From positions 224,001-288,000 of the forward strand of contig CAWJQU010000001.1 of NCBI GenBank assembly GCA_963845145.1: 64,000 nt of DNA. Direction: 5' to 3'. How positions within the stretch are numbered: position 1 is the first letter of the stretch; the number at the start of each line of letters is the position of its first letter. The notes below the pieces were generated by a model, which made no database searches, was not told the origin of the DNA, and saw nothing but the letters and a program-made list of their open reading frames with translations. Below are positions 21,216 to 32,301 of the stretch, piece after piece. This stretch comes from an uncultured delta proteobacterium. Lineage in GTDB: Bacteria > Desulfobacterota > Desulfobacteria > Desulfobacterales > QNYZ01. The position numbers were made by a program, and so were the translations under genes.

Positions 21216-21959
21216 ATGCGATACGCCATAGCTATGTTGTTAATTATTGTTATGCCGGTTGCGGCATTGGGTGCCACCGGTACAACGGTCACCTATCAGG
21301 TTAACGGGCAACCCTATGAGGGTTATTACACCAGCCCTTCCGACAAAGCCCCTTTCCTTCTGTTGATTCATGACTGGGATGGGCTAACCGATTATGAGGT
21401 CAAACGCGCCGATATGCTCGCCGAGTTAGGATATGCCGTTTTTGCCCTGGATCTGTTTGGGGCCGGTGTGCGGCCCACTGAAATGAAAGACAAACGCCAG
21501 CATACCGGGGAGCTCTATAAAGACAGAGAAAAGATGCGGGCATTGATGACCGGCGCCTTACAAACGGCCAGGGATCGCGGCGCCGATCTGACCAATGCCG
21601 TCGCTTTCGGATACTGTTTCGGTGGTGCGGCCGTGCTGGAGTTGGCACGATCCGGAGAAAGCCTAAAAGGATTTGCCACATTTCATGGCGGCCTTCAAAC
21701 CCCGGATGGACAAGATTATAAAAAAACCCAGGGAAAACTATTGGTCATGCATGGGTCGGCTGATACGGCGATTACCATGGACCAGTTCGGTGCTTTGACA
21801 AAAGAGCTTGAAGCTGCCGGTGTGGACCATGAAATGATCACTTATGGAGGCGCCCCCCATGCGTTTACCGTTTTCGACGGGAAACGTTACCAGGAAGCAG
21901 CCGATAAAAAATCCTGGAAGCGCTTTACGGAATTCCTGGCCGATACACTGAAAAATTAA
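21216..21959 (+). CDS. dienelactone hydrolase family protein
   Basis: GYCFGG nucleophile motif, HGSAD, HAFT; signal peptide. Confidence 0.93.
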   Translation: MRYAIAMLLIIVMPVAALGATGTTVTYQVNGQPYEGYYTSPSDKAPFLLLIHDWDGLTDYEVKRADMLAELGYAVFALDLFGAGVRPTEMKDKRQHTGELYKDREKMRALMTGALQTARDRGADLTNAVAFGYCFGGAAVLELARSGESLKGFATFHGGLQTPDGQDYKKTQGKLLVMHGSADTAITMDQFGALTKELEAAGVDHEMITYGGAPHAFTVFDGKRYQEAADKKSWKRFTEFLADTLKN

Positions 21960-22015
21960 CTGTTCGGCGTGTTCACTAATATGGCTATCAACCTTTATTA
22001 AATGGAGGCAACCCA

Positions 22016-22546
22016 ATGGGTGATGTTGTTCAGATTCACGTCGATGTAGACCAGATCAGCCCCTCGGCGTCGGAAGGAAGGGCCCGCGATCATAAAGTAG
22101 TGATGGACCGCCCTGAAGCCAAAGGCGGCGAAAACAAAGGGGCCATGGGTGGCGAGAATCTTCTGATGGCCCTGGGAGGATGCTTTATGAGCAATTTGCT
22201 GGCTGCTGCCGAGAGCCGCGAATTAGAAATTGGCGATGTAAAAATGCACATCACCGGAACGCTGGATATGGCCCCACCACGGTTTACGGCGGTGATAATG
22301 GAAATATCGGCACGTAATAGCGACAAGGCCCAAATGGAGAAACTGGTGATCATAGCCGAACGCGGTTGCATTGTCGCCAATACGCTTAAGGGTGCCGTCG
22401 ATCTGAAGATCCTTTATTTTGATCGCATTGGCCTAATTGGGTCTGAAGGTCGCATTGGTTTAATTGGGTCTGAAGATCGCATGGGTCTAATCGGCACTGA
22501 AGATCGCTATAGCCTGATCGGCATTGATATTCAGACTGATGGTTAA
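22016..22546 (+). CDS. OsmC family protein with repetitive C-terminal tail
   Basis: DRPEAKGGENKG, LGGC and C-IVANTL two-Cys motifs. Confidence 0.88.
   Translation: MGDVVQIHVDVDQISPSASEGRARDHKVVMDRPEAKGGENKGAMGGENLLMALGGCFMSNLLAAAESRELEIGDVKMHITGTLDMAPPRFTAVIMEISARNSDKAQMEKLVIIAERGCIVANTLKGAVDLKILYFDRIGLIGSEGRIGLIGSEDRMGLIGTEDRYSLIGIDIQTDG
22421..22528 (+). repeat. 4 x 27-bp in-frame tandem repeat (DRIGLIGSE-like)
   Basis: gatcgcattggcctaattgggtctgaa and three degenerate copies. Confidence 0.9.
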
Positions 22547-22575
22547 CAGCTGATGGCGAGCAGTACATCCATGTA

Positions 22576-22992
22576 CTACTCGCCGATAATCTTCACCAGC
22601 ACCCGTTTTTTTCGGCGGCCATCAAATTCGCCGTAAAAAATCCGTTCCCAAGTCCCAAAATCGAGTCGGCCGTCGGTCACCGCCACAACCACTTCACGCC
22701 CCATCACCTGGCGTTTCATATGGGCATCGGCATTGTCTTCATACCCGTTATGACGATATTGATTTACCGGTTCATGGGGTGCCAGCTTTTCCAGCCACAC
22801 CTCATAATCGTGATGCAAGCCTGACTCATCATCATTGATAAATACCGAGGCGGTAATGTGCATCGCATTAACCAGCACCAAGCCTTCTGTTATTCCACTT
22901 TCTCTGAGGCAATCTTCTATTGTTGATGTGATATTTATAAATCCTCGCCTTGACGGCACCTCAAACCACAATTCCTTCCTATAGCTTTTCAT
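22576..22992 (-). CDS. yjbQ: YjbQ / UPF0047 family protein
   Basis: [30 protein letters not shown] motifs. Confidence 0.93.
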   Translation of the reverse strand: MKSYRKELWFEVPSRRGFINITSTIEDCLRESGITEGLVLVNAMHITASVFINDDESGLHHDYEVWLEKLAPHEPVNQYRHNGYEDNADAHMKRQVMGREVVVAVTDGRLDFGTWERIFYGEFDGRRKKRVLVKIIGE

Positions 22993-23025
22993 TTAATTAT
23001 ATTCCATTGTACTTTTCTGTTTAAA

Positions 23026-23285
23026 CCCTGTAGTTGCATAAAAATATTAGAAAAGGAGTAGTTAAAACTTGCGGAAGCCCATGCATAGTGGTTATAAAGT
23101 GTTTTCTACAACAAAATTAACACTATATAGGAGGCCACCGCAAGTGAAGTCCAGTAAATCACAAATTCATGCAAAAAACCATAAATTCCTTCTGATTCGG
23201 CTTGAAGGTCAAAAACTGACATCCTTTTCAGGGTTGCCGATATTTTAACTGCTTTTTAAAAACATCAATCTTAAGCAAGCGCAAA
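23026..23285 (+). mobile_element. IS1380-like left end plus degenerate transposase N-terminus
   Basis: CCCTGTAGTTGCATAAAA terminus; GTG at 23144 gives KSSKSQIHAK..IRLEGQKLTSFSGL with indel and stop; family from recall. Confidence 0.65.
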
Positions 23286-23530
23286 GGACCATTACAGTTA
23301 ATTTTTTTGCTTCATTTCGTCGAGGTCTTGAAGAAAGCAGCCTGATTTGGATGAAGATTCTTTAACCAATTTTATGTAACGTTACTGTAGGCACCATATT
23401 TTGCGATTGATTTTAGCTCCGTATACAAGACAGTCTTTTGGGCTTAGCCGCATCAAAAAAGCGACTTCTTATCAATCCATTCGTTAGCAAAGTGAAATAA
23501 CGGTTGTAATCTGATGATCCGGCAATACCT

Positions 23531-24475
23531 TTAAATTTTAGTTCGTTTAGGCAGAAAAAGAATCCAAGGAAAACTAGAATTATCGTTTGCAGCTCCCTCA
23601 ATCCATATAGGATTATCATCTTCATCACGGCCGGTTGTCAATGACCTTAGCCACCCTGTATCAACAAGTCCTAACACTCCTGCCACCCAGGCATCATCGT
23701 CTGAATTAACTGCACCAACGAATGATGGTATAGTAACTCCTGAAAGGTAGGGGTGGGTCCCGCCAGTGCCGCCATCGGCTATGGTTTTATTGTTTTCACC
23801 CAGCGTATGTCCTGCCCGAATTCTGTATTTGTCCGCACCGGTTGTGCCAACGTATAACAGATTATTACTGTCGTATGGTTGTGTGTAGACATTGTGTGGG
23901 CTTTCTGTATCACTCTGTGATTCAAATTGTGCCGCAGTGTTGGTTGTATTATTATACCGGAATAGCGTTGATGTGTTAGGGCGATAGAAGTAGTTACCAT
24001 CAACTCTCCAGCTCGAAAAATCAGGAGAGGCAAATGGTATCCGGGTACTGGTTGTTGTTGGGATTAGTGCGTTTATGCCATAGGTATTACCATAGTGATT
24101 ACCTGCTGGTGCTCCGTCAATAATGTTATTAAGGTCCCAAGCATGAAGATAATCACTGCAGATAAAATCAGCAAACACAGTCGAAGTTGATTGGACTCCA
24201 AAATGGCGAATAGCGTAGTCATTTCCTGACTTATCAGCAAATATTGTATTGTTGTAAAATACTGGTTTATATACCATCGGTCCGCCCTGGTAATGAGCAG
24301 AAAGACACTTCTCGCAATCATCAAAAATATTCTGGAATACCTGACCAAAATCCTGTTGCATAACACAGGCCCGCAGAAGCTGACTCTTAAAAATATTATG
24401 ATGAATCTTTATTCCCCAGTCCTTATAGGTATCGTCATAGTCATGCCCACCAGCAGGATTACGTCCGATAAACAA
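23531..24475 (-). pseudogene. C-terminal fragment of a large exported beta-helix-like protein
   Basis: IHHNIF, VFQNIF, FYNNTI, LNNII, VDGNYF rungs; no RBS or signal peptide at TTG start; ends FPWILFLP. Confidence 0.6.
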
Positions 24476-24623
24476 TTGTGAACTCTTATGCTTAAAACCT
24501 GTTTTCCCATGAATTTCAGCCAGTTTTAAATCAGATAAAGTATGGGCGAGTTAAGAAGTACTTTAACCATCCGAAAATTGCATATGCCGCATAAAGTTTA
24601 TATATTTGATTGCCGGATTAATA

Positions 24624-25556
24624 TTAACGAATTCGTATTCGGGGATCCAAGGCATCACGAATGCCATCACCGATGTAATTAACACTGAGCACCGTAAGAG
24701 AGATGGCTAATCCAGGCCAGAATATGCGAGATGGCGTGATATCAATATAATTGACGCCATCATACAGCAATCGTCCCCAGGTTGGAAAGTCTGACGGAAA
24801 ACCAAGCCCCAGGAAACTGAGAGCAGATTCGATAATGATCGCGGATGCAATACCCAATGTTGCCGAGACCATAACCGGGCTAAGGACATTAGGGAATATG
24901 TGGCGTGTAATTACCCGAAGCTGCCTCGTACCAATACTATGCGCGGCCAGGATAAACTCACGCTCTTTTAGCACCAGAACTGAGCCGCGAACGATTCGAG
25001 CCGTTTGCATCCAGCTGGTAATGCCGATAACAAACACGACTAAAATAAAGATTCCCGTTTCCGGACCGAACGCATCACGCAAGGTATCGCGGAACAGCAT
25101 GATGATCACCAGCAATAAGGGCAATAGGGGGAGCGCGATAAACAAATCGGTCAGTCTCATCAGGGGACCGTCCAGAAGTCGGAAATAGCCTGCGAATATA
25201 CCTATCAATACACCTATGGTAATCGACACTGACATTGCAATGAAACCCACGGCTAAGGAAATGCGCCCGCCGGCGAGTACTTGTGCCAGCATATCTCTTC
25301 CAAGATTATCGGTACCGAAAGGATGCGTGATGGAAGGTTGCTGATTTCGGGCAAGCATGTCCAGGAATTGTGGATCGGTATCGTACAAAAATGGGCCGAT
25401 CAGGACCGACATCAGGATGACAGAGAACACGCCGACACCTGCCAAGGCACCGGTGTGTGTCCTGAATTGTCGCCAGACGTCAACCCAGAGTGAACGATAA
25501 ACCTGCTCTTTTAATTGCTTTTGGTCTTTAATGTCAGATTCAATTTGTTCAACCAT
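24624..25556 (-). CDS. peptide ABC transporter permease (OppC/DppC)
   Basis: HPFGTDNLGRD, EFILAAHSIG, ESALSFLGLG. Confidence 0.93.
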   Translation of the reverse strand: MVEQIESDIKDQKQLKEQVYRSLWVDVWRQFRTHTGALAGVGVFSVILMSVLIGPFLYDTDPQFLDMLARNQQPSITHPFGTDNLGRDMLAQVLAGGRISLAVGFIAMSVSITIGVLIGIFAGYFRLLDGPLMRLTDLFIALPLLPLLLVIIMLFRDTLRDAFGPETGIFILVVFVIGITSWMQTARIVRGSVLVLKEREFILAAHSIGTRQLRVITRHIFPNVLSPVMVSATLGIASAIIIESALSFLGLGFPSDFPTWGRLLYDGVNYIDITPSRIFWPGLAISLTVLSVNYIGDGIRDALDPRIRIR

Positions 25557-26562
25557 AACGTATCCTTGGATCAAGTACCCCGTATAATAAATCAGCGATG
25601 AGGTTAAATAAGACGATTAGTATAGCGAAAATAAACGTCAATGTTTGTACAAGGGGGATGTCAGCACCTTCAATCGAAATAATAAGGAGTTGTCCTAATC
25701 CGTTTACACGGAAAATTTGTTCAGTAATAATCGCCCCTGCGAATATTTGGGGAATTCCCAAAGCGATAACCGTTACCACTGGCACCATGCTGTTGCGTAG
25801 TACATGAATTAGAAGCACCGCTTGTTCCCGAACACCTTTGGAACGGGCTGTACGCACATAGTCTTGATTTAAATTATCCAATACGGACGCTCGGGTAAAT
25901 CGACTGAGTTGAGCGGCGCTGAAAAGAGCTAACACAGAAACCGGCATGATCATTTGCTTAATTTGCATTACAAGGCTCGACCAATCAGTGACTTCTAATG
26001 TTGTGTCATAGATAGACGGAAGCCAATCGAGAGTCACGCTAAAGATGACAATCATTACGACACCTGTAAAAAACGTGGGGACAGAATAGCCAACCATCGA
26101 GATAAACGTTCCGAGTTGATCGAAAATTGAGTATTGTTTATAGGCGGAAATGATTCCAATCGGGATAGCGATACAAATGCTAACCAGGTATGCGAGGCCT
26201 ACCACTTTAAGTGTTTGGGGTAATCGATCCGCGATCAGGTCGATGACCGGACTCCGGGTAGCCCAGGATCGAACTCTCATACGTTCGGCGGAATTTTCAA
26301 AAGCAATACCTGTCCATTTTTCGATGAGATTCAGAGGCTCATTAATCATGAATTGGTCCAGCCATTTGATATACCGAATATGAAATGGTTGGCTCATCCC
26401 CAGGCTCTCACGGATTTTTGCCCGTGTTTGAGCATCAATAGTCAAAGGCAATTGACCGGTCGGATCTCCCGGGGCAAGATCCAGTAGGGTAAAAATTATA
26501 AGACTGATCACGAGCAAAGTGGGTATGGCAAATAAAAGCCGCCTGATCGTAAATCGCAACAT
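25549..26562 (-). CDS. peptide ABC transporter permease (OppB/DppB)
   Basis: LAPGDP, DYVRTARSKG, EQIFRVNGLG. Confidence 0.93.
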   Translation of the reverse strand: MLRFTIRRLLFAIPTLLVISLIIFTLLDLAPGDPTGQLPLTIDAQTRAKIRESLGMSQPFHIRYIKWLDQFMINEPLNLIEKWTGIAFENSAERMRVRSWATRSPVIDLIADRLPQTLKVVGLAYLVSICIAIPIGIISAYKQYSIFDQLGTFISMVGYSVPTFFTGVVMIVIFSVTLDWLPSIYDTTLEVTDWSSLVMQIKQMIMPVSVLALFSAAQLSRFTRASVLDNLNQDYVRTARSKGVREQAVLLIHVLRNSMVPVVTVIALGIPQIFAGAIITEQIFRVNGLGQLLIISIEGADIPLVQTLTFIFAILIVLFNLIADLLYGVLDPRIRYG

Positions 26563-26627
26563 AAGTATTTCTTTATTATATAACCGTCTGAATTATTGGA
26601 GACGGTGGGTAATTAAATTTCGAGTGC

Positions 26628-26660
26628 AAGAGCTCCCTCCGATTTTCTGGAGGGAGCTTT
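26628..26660 (-). terminator. intra-operon hairpin after the binding-protein gene
   Basis: agagctccctccga-tttt-ctggagggagcttt inverted repeat. Confidence 0.6.
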
Positions 26661-26677
26661 AATTCAACTCACTCGAA

Positions 26678-28369
26678 TTATTTGCGATACCAATCTTCAA
26701 TATCAGCGATACTTGTATCCCAAGGAGATGCTTTGTATCCACCGATTGAATTCGCCCACGCAAACACATCACCACGATGAATCAAAGGAATTAGAACATA
26801 GGCCTGCATAAGCATATCATTCAATTTCTTTGCTATTTCGATGCGTTCCTCCAGTACCGCTGTTTTTGATAATTTAATGAGCAATGCATCATATTCGGGG
26901 TCACAATAGCGAGGAAAATTGTTTCCGATCCATTGATTTTCAGGCGTAGGTGCTTCTATGCATTTCCACTTGTTCATATACGTTTCCGGATCAGTGCCGG
27001 TGAATGTGTTGGTAAACATTTCAACATCTGCAAAATTCTTCTCGTATGTATCCGGACTTGATTGATCGCCACCGAAAAAGACAGAAGCGCTGACATTTTT
27101 CAATTCCGTTTCTACGCCAATTTTTTGCCACATTTGCTTAACAAGTGCTTGAGTGGCCTGACGAACTGAATTGGTTGATGTTTGATAGAGGATTGAGAGC
27201 CGAACCCCATTTTTAGATCGTACGCCATCCGAACCGCGCTTCCAGCCTGCTTCGTCCAACAGTTTGTTCGCCAGTTCTACATTTTGAGATTTACATGAAT
27301 CATTGGCGGTTGAAGCATAAATTTCCGGTGCGGCCAGCACATTACAGCTTGTTCGTCCTGTGGCACCATAACCTACATCAACCAAAACCTGTCGATCTAT
27401 GGCCAAAGAGAGCGCTTTACGGACGGCTATATCGGTCATGAAAGGATGCGGATGATCTTTAGTCCCGCGTCTATCACCTAATTTCGAGTCCGGATTCGTC
27501 AGATTCACCTCTAACCGCTCAACGGCGGTAGCAAAACTTGAAACTATCTTTCCTTTGCCAACTTTTTCCATCTTTTCCAGCACTTCGGGTTCCACTTGAA
27601 GGTTCCAGGCAAAGTCGTATTCTCCTGTTTCCAAAACCGATCGCGCCGCGGAAGCCGCGTCTCCACCACCTTTTATCATCACTTTTGAAAAAGCAGGTTT
27701 GCTTGGATCACGATATTTTTCATTTATCTCATATATTACCGTGTCATTCGGATGGAACTCGCTGACTATAAAAGCTCCAGTGCCATGGGGCCCAAAGTTT
27801 GCATCAGTACAGGTTGGCGCTTTTTCTCCCATACAATTTTGGAATTGTTTTTTTTGCAGAATTGGAACTTGGGAGCCGACAAATGGCCCATAAGGAAAAG
27901 GTTTTGGTACCGAAAAATTAACTCTGACCGTCAGATCATCCACTTTTGTAACCGACTCGACATCTTTAAAAAAGGGAAGCGCCTGACAACCTCCTGCCGG
28001 ATCTAAACAATATTCAGCGGTAAAAACTACATCATCTGCAGAAAAAGGCGTTCCGTCAGACCAAACGACACCGGATTTCAACTTCCAGGTAATTGATTTT
28101 AAGTCCTTGGCGGGTTTTGGTATTTCACTGGCCAACGTCGGAATCATTTCTCCCGATGGAAGATAATTGGCAAGGGGTTCCAAAATTACGGCTGACGCAT
28201 GAATGTCTTTCGTTCCTCCTGAGAGATAGGGGTTGAGGATGGATGGGGCTTGCCAATAAATGAGTTTCAATTCACCATCTTCTCCGCGCTTTGCATGAGC
28301 AGTTGTCGCGAACATAGCAAAAATTAAGATACCTGCCAGAATTGTGGCAACTGATTTTTTAATGTCCAT
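26678..28369 (-). CDS. peptide ABC transporter substrate-binding protein (family 5)
   Basis: signal peptide; WSDGTPFSADDV, VRKALSLAIDR. Confidence 0.93.
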   Translation of the reverse strand: MDIKKSVATILAGILIFAMFATTAHAKRGEDGELKLIYWQAPSILNPYLSGGTKDIHASAVILEPLANYLPSGEMIPTLASEIPKPAKDLKSITWKLKSGVVWSDGTPFSADDVVFTAEYCLDPAGGCQALPFFKDVESVTKVDDLTVRVNFSVPKPFPYGPFVGSQVPILQKKQFQNCMGEKAPTCTDANFGPHGTGAFIVSEFHPNDTVIYEINEKYRDPSKPAFSKVMIKGGGDAASAARSVLETGEYDFAWNLQVEPEVLEKMEKVGKGKIVSSFATAVERLEVNLTNPDSKLGDRRGTKDHPHPFMTDIAVRKALSLAIDRQVLVDVGYGATGRTSCNVLAAPEIYASTANDSCKSQNVELANKLLDEAGWKRGSDGVRSKNGVRLSILYQTSTNSVRQATQALVKQMWQKIGVETELKNVSASVFFGGDQSSPDTYEKNFADVEMFTNTFTGTDPETYMNKWKCIEAPTPENQWIGNNFPRYCDPEYDALLIKLSKTAVLEERIEIAKKLNDMLMQAYVLIPLIHRGDVFAWANSIGGYKASPWDTSIADIEDWYRK

Positions 28370-28511
28370 TTTCGCCTCCTGATGTTTTAAAGATTAAAAA
28401 AATTCAAGCCCGAATGAGCTCAGTACCGGTCAGCATAGCTGATGCCAACATTTTCCCTAACGTTGAATCGCTGGGGGTATTTATATTTAGCCAAAGCTTA
28501 TTTGCACCGTG

Positions 28512-29516
28512 TTACTCCGGATGAAAGCAAGCGGTAAAGTGACTAGGTGTGCTCTCTTCCCAACCGGGTTCTTCAGTCAAACATTTTTCCGAGGCTTTCC
28601 AGCACCGGGTAGAGAAATTACACCCCTTCGGAGGATTTGCCGGACTTGGGACATCACCCGAAAGAATAATGTGCTGGCGAGCTTTTTCTTTAGCAGGATT
28701 TGGTATTGGGATAGCCGATAGCAACGCTTTGGTATATGGATGCTTTGGCGCTTTATATATCACCTCCCGAGGGGCTAACTCGACTACTTTTCCCAGATAC
28801 ATTACGGCTATTCGATCTGCAATGTGGCGTACCATGGAAAGGTCATGGCTGATAAACAAATAAGCAAGACCGAATTCTTTTTGTAAATCCTGCAGCAAGT
28901 TCACGACTTGTGCCTGAATGGATACATCCAACGCGGCAATAGGCTCGTCACAAACAATAAACTTGGGATTCAGGGCTAATGCTCTTGCAACACCAATTCG
29001 TTGACGCTGCCCTCCTGAAAACTCATGGGGATAACGGTTTGCGAATCCTCTCGGCAAGCTGACGGCATCTAGAAGTTCATGTACCCGTTTTCGTTTGGCC
29101 GAGCCCTTAACCAAGCCATGCTCCTCTATTGGTTCTGCGATAATTGATCCAACGGTCATTCTTGGATTTAAACAGTCTTGTGGGTCTTGAAAGATCATTT
29201 GCATATGAGGCCTTACCTTACGTAATTTTTCTCCTTTTAATGCAACCAGATCTTGATCCTCGAAAAGGATTTTTCCCGCGGTAGGTTTGTAGAGACGCAA
29301 AATAGCGCGTCCCGTAGTCGATTTGCCGCAACCACTCTCACCTACCAATCCCAAAGTTTCGCCATTTCGAACATTGAAATTAATACCATCAACAGCTTTT
29401 ATTACTCCCACTTGTCGCCGAAACACACCCTTGTAAACAGGGAAATGCATCGCCAGACCTTCGACTGACAACAAATCTCCATTTGCTTCTTTCGAAACAT
29501 TATTGTCAACCGCCAT
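28512..29516 (-). CDS. peptide ABC transporter ATPase (OppF)
   Basis: [21 protein letters not shown]-terminal Cys-rich oligopeptide domain. Confidence 0.93.
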   Translation of the reverse strand: MAVDNNVSKEANGDLLSVEGLAMHFPVYKGVFRRQVGVIKAVDGINFNVRNGETLGLVGESGCGKSTTGRAILRLYKPTAGKILFEDQDLVALKGEKLRKVRPHMQMIFQDPQDCLNPRMTVGSIIAEPIEEHGLVKGSAKRKRVHELLDAVSLPRGFANRYPHEFSGGQRQRIGVARALALNPKFIVCDEPIAALDVSIQAQVVNLLQDLQKEFGLAYLFISHDLSMVRHIADRIAVMYLGKVVELAPREVIYKAPKHPYTKALLSAIPIPNPAKEKARQHIILSGDVPSPANPPKGCNFSTRCWKASEKCLTEEPGWEESTPSHFTACFHPE

Positions 29517-30519
29517 TGCCTTCTCCTGCATCTATATCCAACCAGCACGCGACATCATGGCCTTCAGCTACATGACGGAGTGGGGGGTTTTCGTTTTTAC
29601 AATTATCGTTTTTGTATTGACATCTCGGCGCAAAGGGGCAGGAGTTTGGCGGCGCGACCAGGTTTGGGGGTTGCCCTTGTATACTTAACAACCGGCCGGT
29701 AGGATTTTCGCCCACATTGGGCAAGGTTTTCAGTAGCGCTTTGGTATAAGGATGCTTGGGATGTTCATAGAGCTCATGGACATCAGCGCTTTCAACAATA
29801 AACCCTCCGTACATCACTATCACCCGGTCGGCGATCCCCGCGACAACTCCTAAATCATGGGTTATCCAGATAATACCCATCCCCAATTCAGTTCTCAGCT
29901 TAAGAATCAATTGTAAAAACTGAGCCTGGACCGTTACATCTAGTGCTGTCGTTGGCTCGTCGGCAATTAGTAGCTGAGGATTGCAGGAAAGTGCGATGGC
30001 GATCATGACACGCTGCCGCATACCACCGGAAAATTGGTGAGGAAAATCTCTTAACCGTTGCGAAGCCTCTGGAATACCGACGAGTTCCAGTAAATCAACG
30101 GCTCTCTCCCGAGCGGCCATACGCGAGAGTCCTAAATGAATGCGCAGAGGCTCCATTAATTGAAAACCAACCGTGAATACGGGATTGAGTGACGTCATTG
30201 GATCCTGAAAAACAAACCCGATTTTCCCACCGCGAACCTTTCTGATTTCTTCCTTATTCAAAGCCAGTAGATTTTTTCCGCCAAAATCCACTGTTCCCGC
30301 CACGATTTCCGCGGGAGGCATTGGCAACAGCTTCAATAATGACATCATGGTAACACTTTTGCCGCAACCGCTCTCTCCGACTATTCCTACCAATTCGCCT
30401 TTATTAATTTGAAAACTAACGCCATTGACGGCATGGATTATATCGTCTTTAGTATGAAATATAGTCTTTAACCCGTTGACATTAAGGATTGGAGGAGTAC
30501 TTGAAGTTTTATTTGTCAT
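29506..30519 (-). CDS. peptide ABC transporter ATPase (OppD)
   Basis: [32 protein letters not shown]. Confidence 0.93.
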   Translation of the reverse strand: MTNKTSSTPPILNVNGLKTIFHTKDDIIHAVNGVSFQINKGELVGIVGESGCGKSVTMMSLLKLLPMPPAEIVAGTVDFGGKNLLALNKEEIRKVRGGKIGFVFQDPMTSLNPVFTVGFQLMEPLRIHLGLSRMAARERAVDLLELVGIPEASQRLRDFPHQFSGGMRQRVMIAIALSCNPQLLIADEPTTALDVTVQAQFLQLILKLRTELGMGIIWITHDLGVVAGIADRVIVMYGGFIVESADVHELYEHPKHPYTKALLKTLPNVGENPTGRLLSIQGQPPNLVAPPNSCPFAPRCQYKNDNCKNENPPLRHVAEGHDVACWLDIDAGEGNGG

Positions 30520-30637
30520 TTCCACTAACTAATTCAAATTTTTCATATTAATCAGATTTATTTCCATCGATAGTATCTTCCATTTAAATTACGTAATATT
30601 CGTAATTTCCGGTTAGGATTTTGGATATAAATATTTT

Positions 30638-31168
30638 AAAATCAGCTTTTCAGAAGCAACCAACAGTCGGGGCCTTGAACAGTTTATGTTCGCCTATCAA
30701 CATCTCCAAACCCGGGTTGCTGACATCTTACCTAAACAAAATCCCGAGATCGGGAATCTTGGGGGCATCGACGGCTCTTTGATCAATGCCACTTAATCAA
30801 TGCACTGGGCCGACTGCCGAAAGCGATTAAAAAAAGCCAAATTCCATATCGGTTTTGATCTGAACCAGGCAATTCCAAGAAAGGTGTATATAGCCGATGG
30901 CAATGGGCCTGAAAGTATATCACTTGATCGACGGGAGTGAGTATGGCTTGATGGTACAATTATGGCCGACCTAATTACCTACTTGTTATTGGCGATTTAT
31001 ATCCATCGACAATTCAACGAGAGAGTGCCTATCAGCCGTGCACGCCAGTTACGGATACAGATCCAGAATGAATTACGTAACGGCTTTTTCGACATACCGC
31101 CTGATTCAGTTTTAAAAGAGCAATCACTATATGGTTATGCAAATACCTATTCTGAATTTACTGAATAA
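30638..31168 (+). mobile_element. IS4-family transposase remnant with stop and internal deletion
   Basis: SFSEATNSRGLEQF..IDGSLINAT*SMHWAD..AKFHIGFDLN joined to C-terminal YGLMVQ..LITYLLLAIY..RQLRIQIQNE. Confidence 0.8.
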
Positions 31169-31316
31169 ATGTTTTATTAATTTATTGGAGATCTTCAATG
31201 GTATTGAGGTAATTAATATAAGAAAACAGCGAGTCGCTATGCATAATTATACTAATTTTTGTATATATATACAGCTCTTTTAGTTTTGTAAAGATATTTA
31301 ATTTAGACACTAAATA

Positions 31317-31484
31317 TCATTTCCTTATAAATTTGACGGATGGACAACCCTTGCCCATCCTATATTTGTAAAATGGACATTGTTCTTCGGTCGCATACAA
31401 AAAATCGCCTTGACAATTTTTAATCTCGTAAGGACTGCCGACGTATTCGACATAATGTTTTCGGGTTGATTCTCCAGATGTCAT
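31317..31484 (-). pseudogene. small Cys-containing ORF, probably degenerate (55 aa, below ORF-track cutoff)
   Basis: AGGAGG RBS then MTSGESTRKHYVEYVGSPYEIKNCQGD..CPFYKYRMGKGCPSVKFIRK*. Confidence 0.4.
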
Positions 31485-31816
31485 GATTTTAGCCCTCCTA
31501 AACCAAAAAAAGCCCCGGAGTTATCGCTCTGAGGCTTTCACCATCCCGCCGTATATCCGATTTTTCGATGACACTCATTCAAAATATAGATATTTTCTAT
31601 TTGTATTATTGTTTTTATACATACTATAAAGACTTTTCTAAATCAATTTTCACATGAGGTCTTTCATGATTTACGATTCTGGCTTTACTTGAGGACGTTC
31701 AACCCTCTAACCGGGTTTGTTAGACAAAACCGTACGCCATAATCGGTTCTATTTCGACACCCCTAATCACCATTAGGCCAATCGAACACTCCCTAATAGA
31801 AAAAAATAATCAAAAA

Positions 31817-32299
31817 ATGCACCTATTTGATTGGGTATACAAACTGCTGCGATCGGCACTGGGTATGATTTTTATCTACGCCGGAAGCACGAAATTGTTG
31901 GCACCGGAAAATTTCGCTACCTTGGTTGAGGCGTATGGGATTGTTCCCGACCCGTTTCTCATGCCGGCTTCTATTTTCCTACCTGCGGTAGAGGTTATAG
32001 CCGGTATCGGCCTCCTATTTGACATCCGGGGAAGCCTGGCGGTGATTTCCGGGTTGCTGGCACTCTTTATCGCCATTTTAGGCTATGGGCTTTGGATGGG
32101 ACTCGATGTGGATTGTGGCTGTTTCGGGCCTGAAGACCCGGAAGCCGAAGCATTTCATGGCCTGAAGGCCTCTTTATTTCGTGATCTGGCCATGCTGGGG
32201 ATGGCGGTTTTTATCTATTTTTGGCGCCATTATCGGACCGTCAAAACGCTCGATGTGGTGTCGGTATTTAAACCAATATTTTTGAACAAGGAGGGTTAA
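31817..32299 (+). CDS. MauE/DoxX family redox-associated membrane protein
   Basis: YAGSTKL..F..Y, TM helices, DCGCFG, RD motif. Confidence 0.9.
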   Translation: MHLFDWVYKLLRSALGMIFIYAGSTKLLAPENFATLVEAYGIVPDPFLMPASIFLPAVEVIAGIGLLFDIRGSLAVISGLLALFIAILGYGLWMGLDVDCGCFGPEDPEAEAFHGLKASLFRDLAMLGMAVFIYFWRHYRTVKTLDVVSVFKPIFLNKEG

Positions 32300-32301
32300 A
32301 A

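Noticed and set aside
22421..22528. CRISPR array
   Set aside because: Units are contiguous with no spacers, in frame, and there are no cas genes
23300..23450. BrnT-like toxin remnant on the minus strand (IRLLSSR..RNEAK)
   Set aside because: Too short and degraded to support
31314..31319. TGA of the small minus-strand ORF as selenocysteine
   Set aside because: No SECIS-like hairpin follows and the ORF looks degenerate
31650..31790. Structured RNA leader for the MauE-rhodanese operon
   Set aside because: Only 5-6 bp stems, expected by chance; no second copy or terminator to support it
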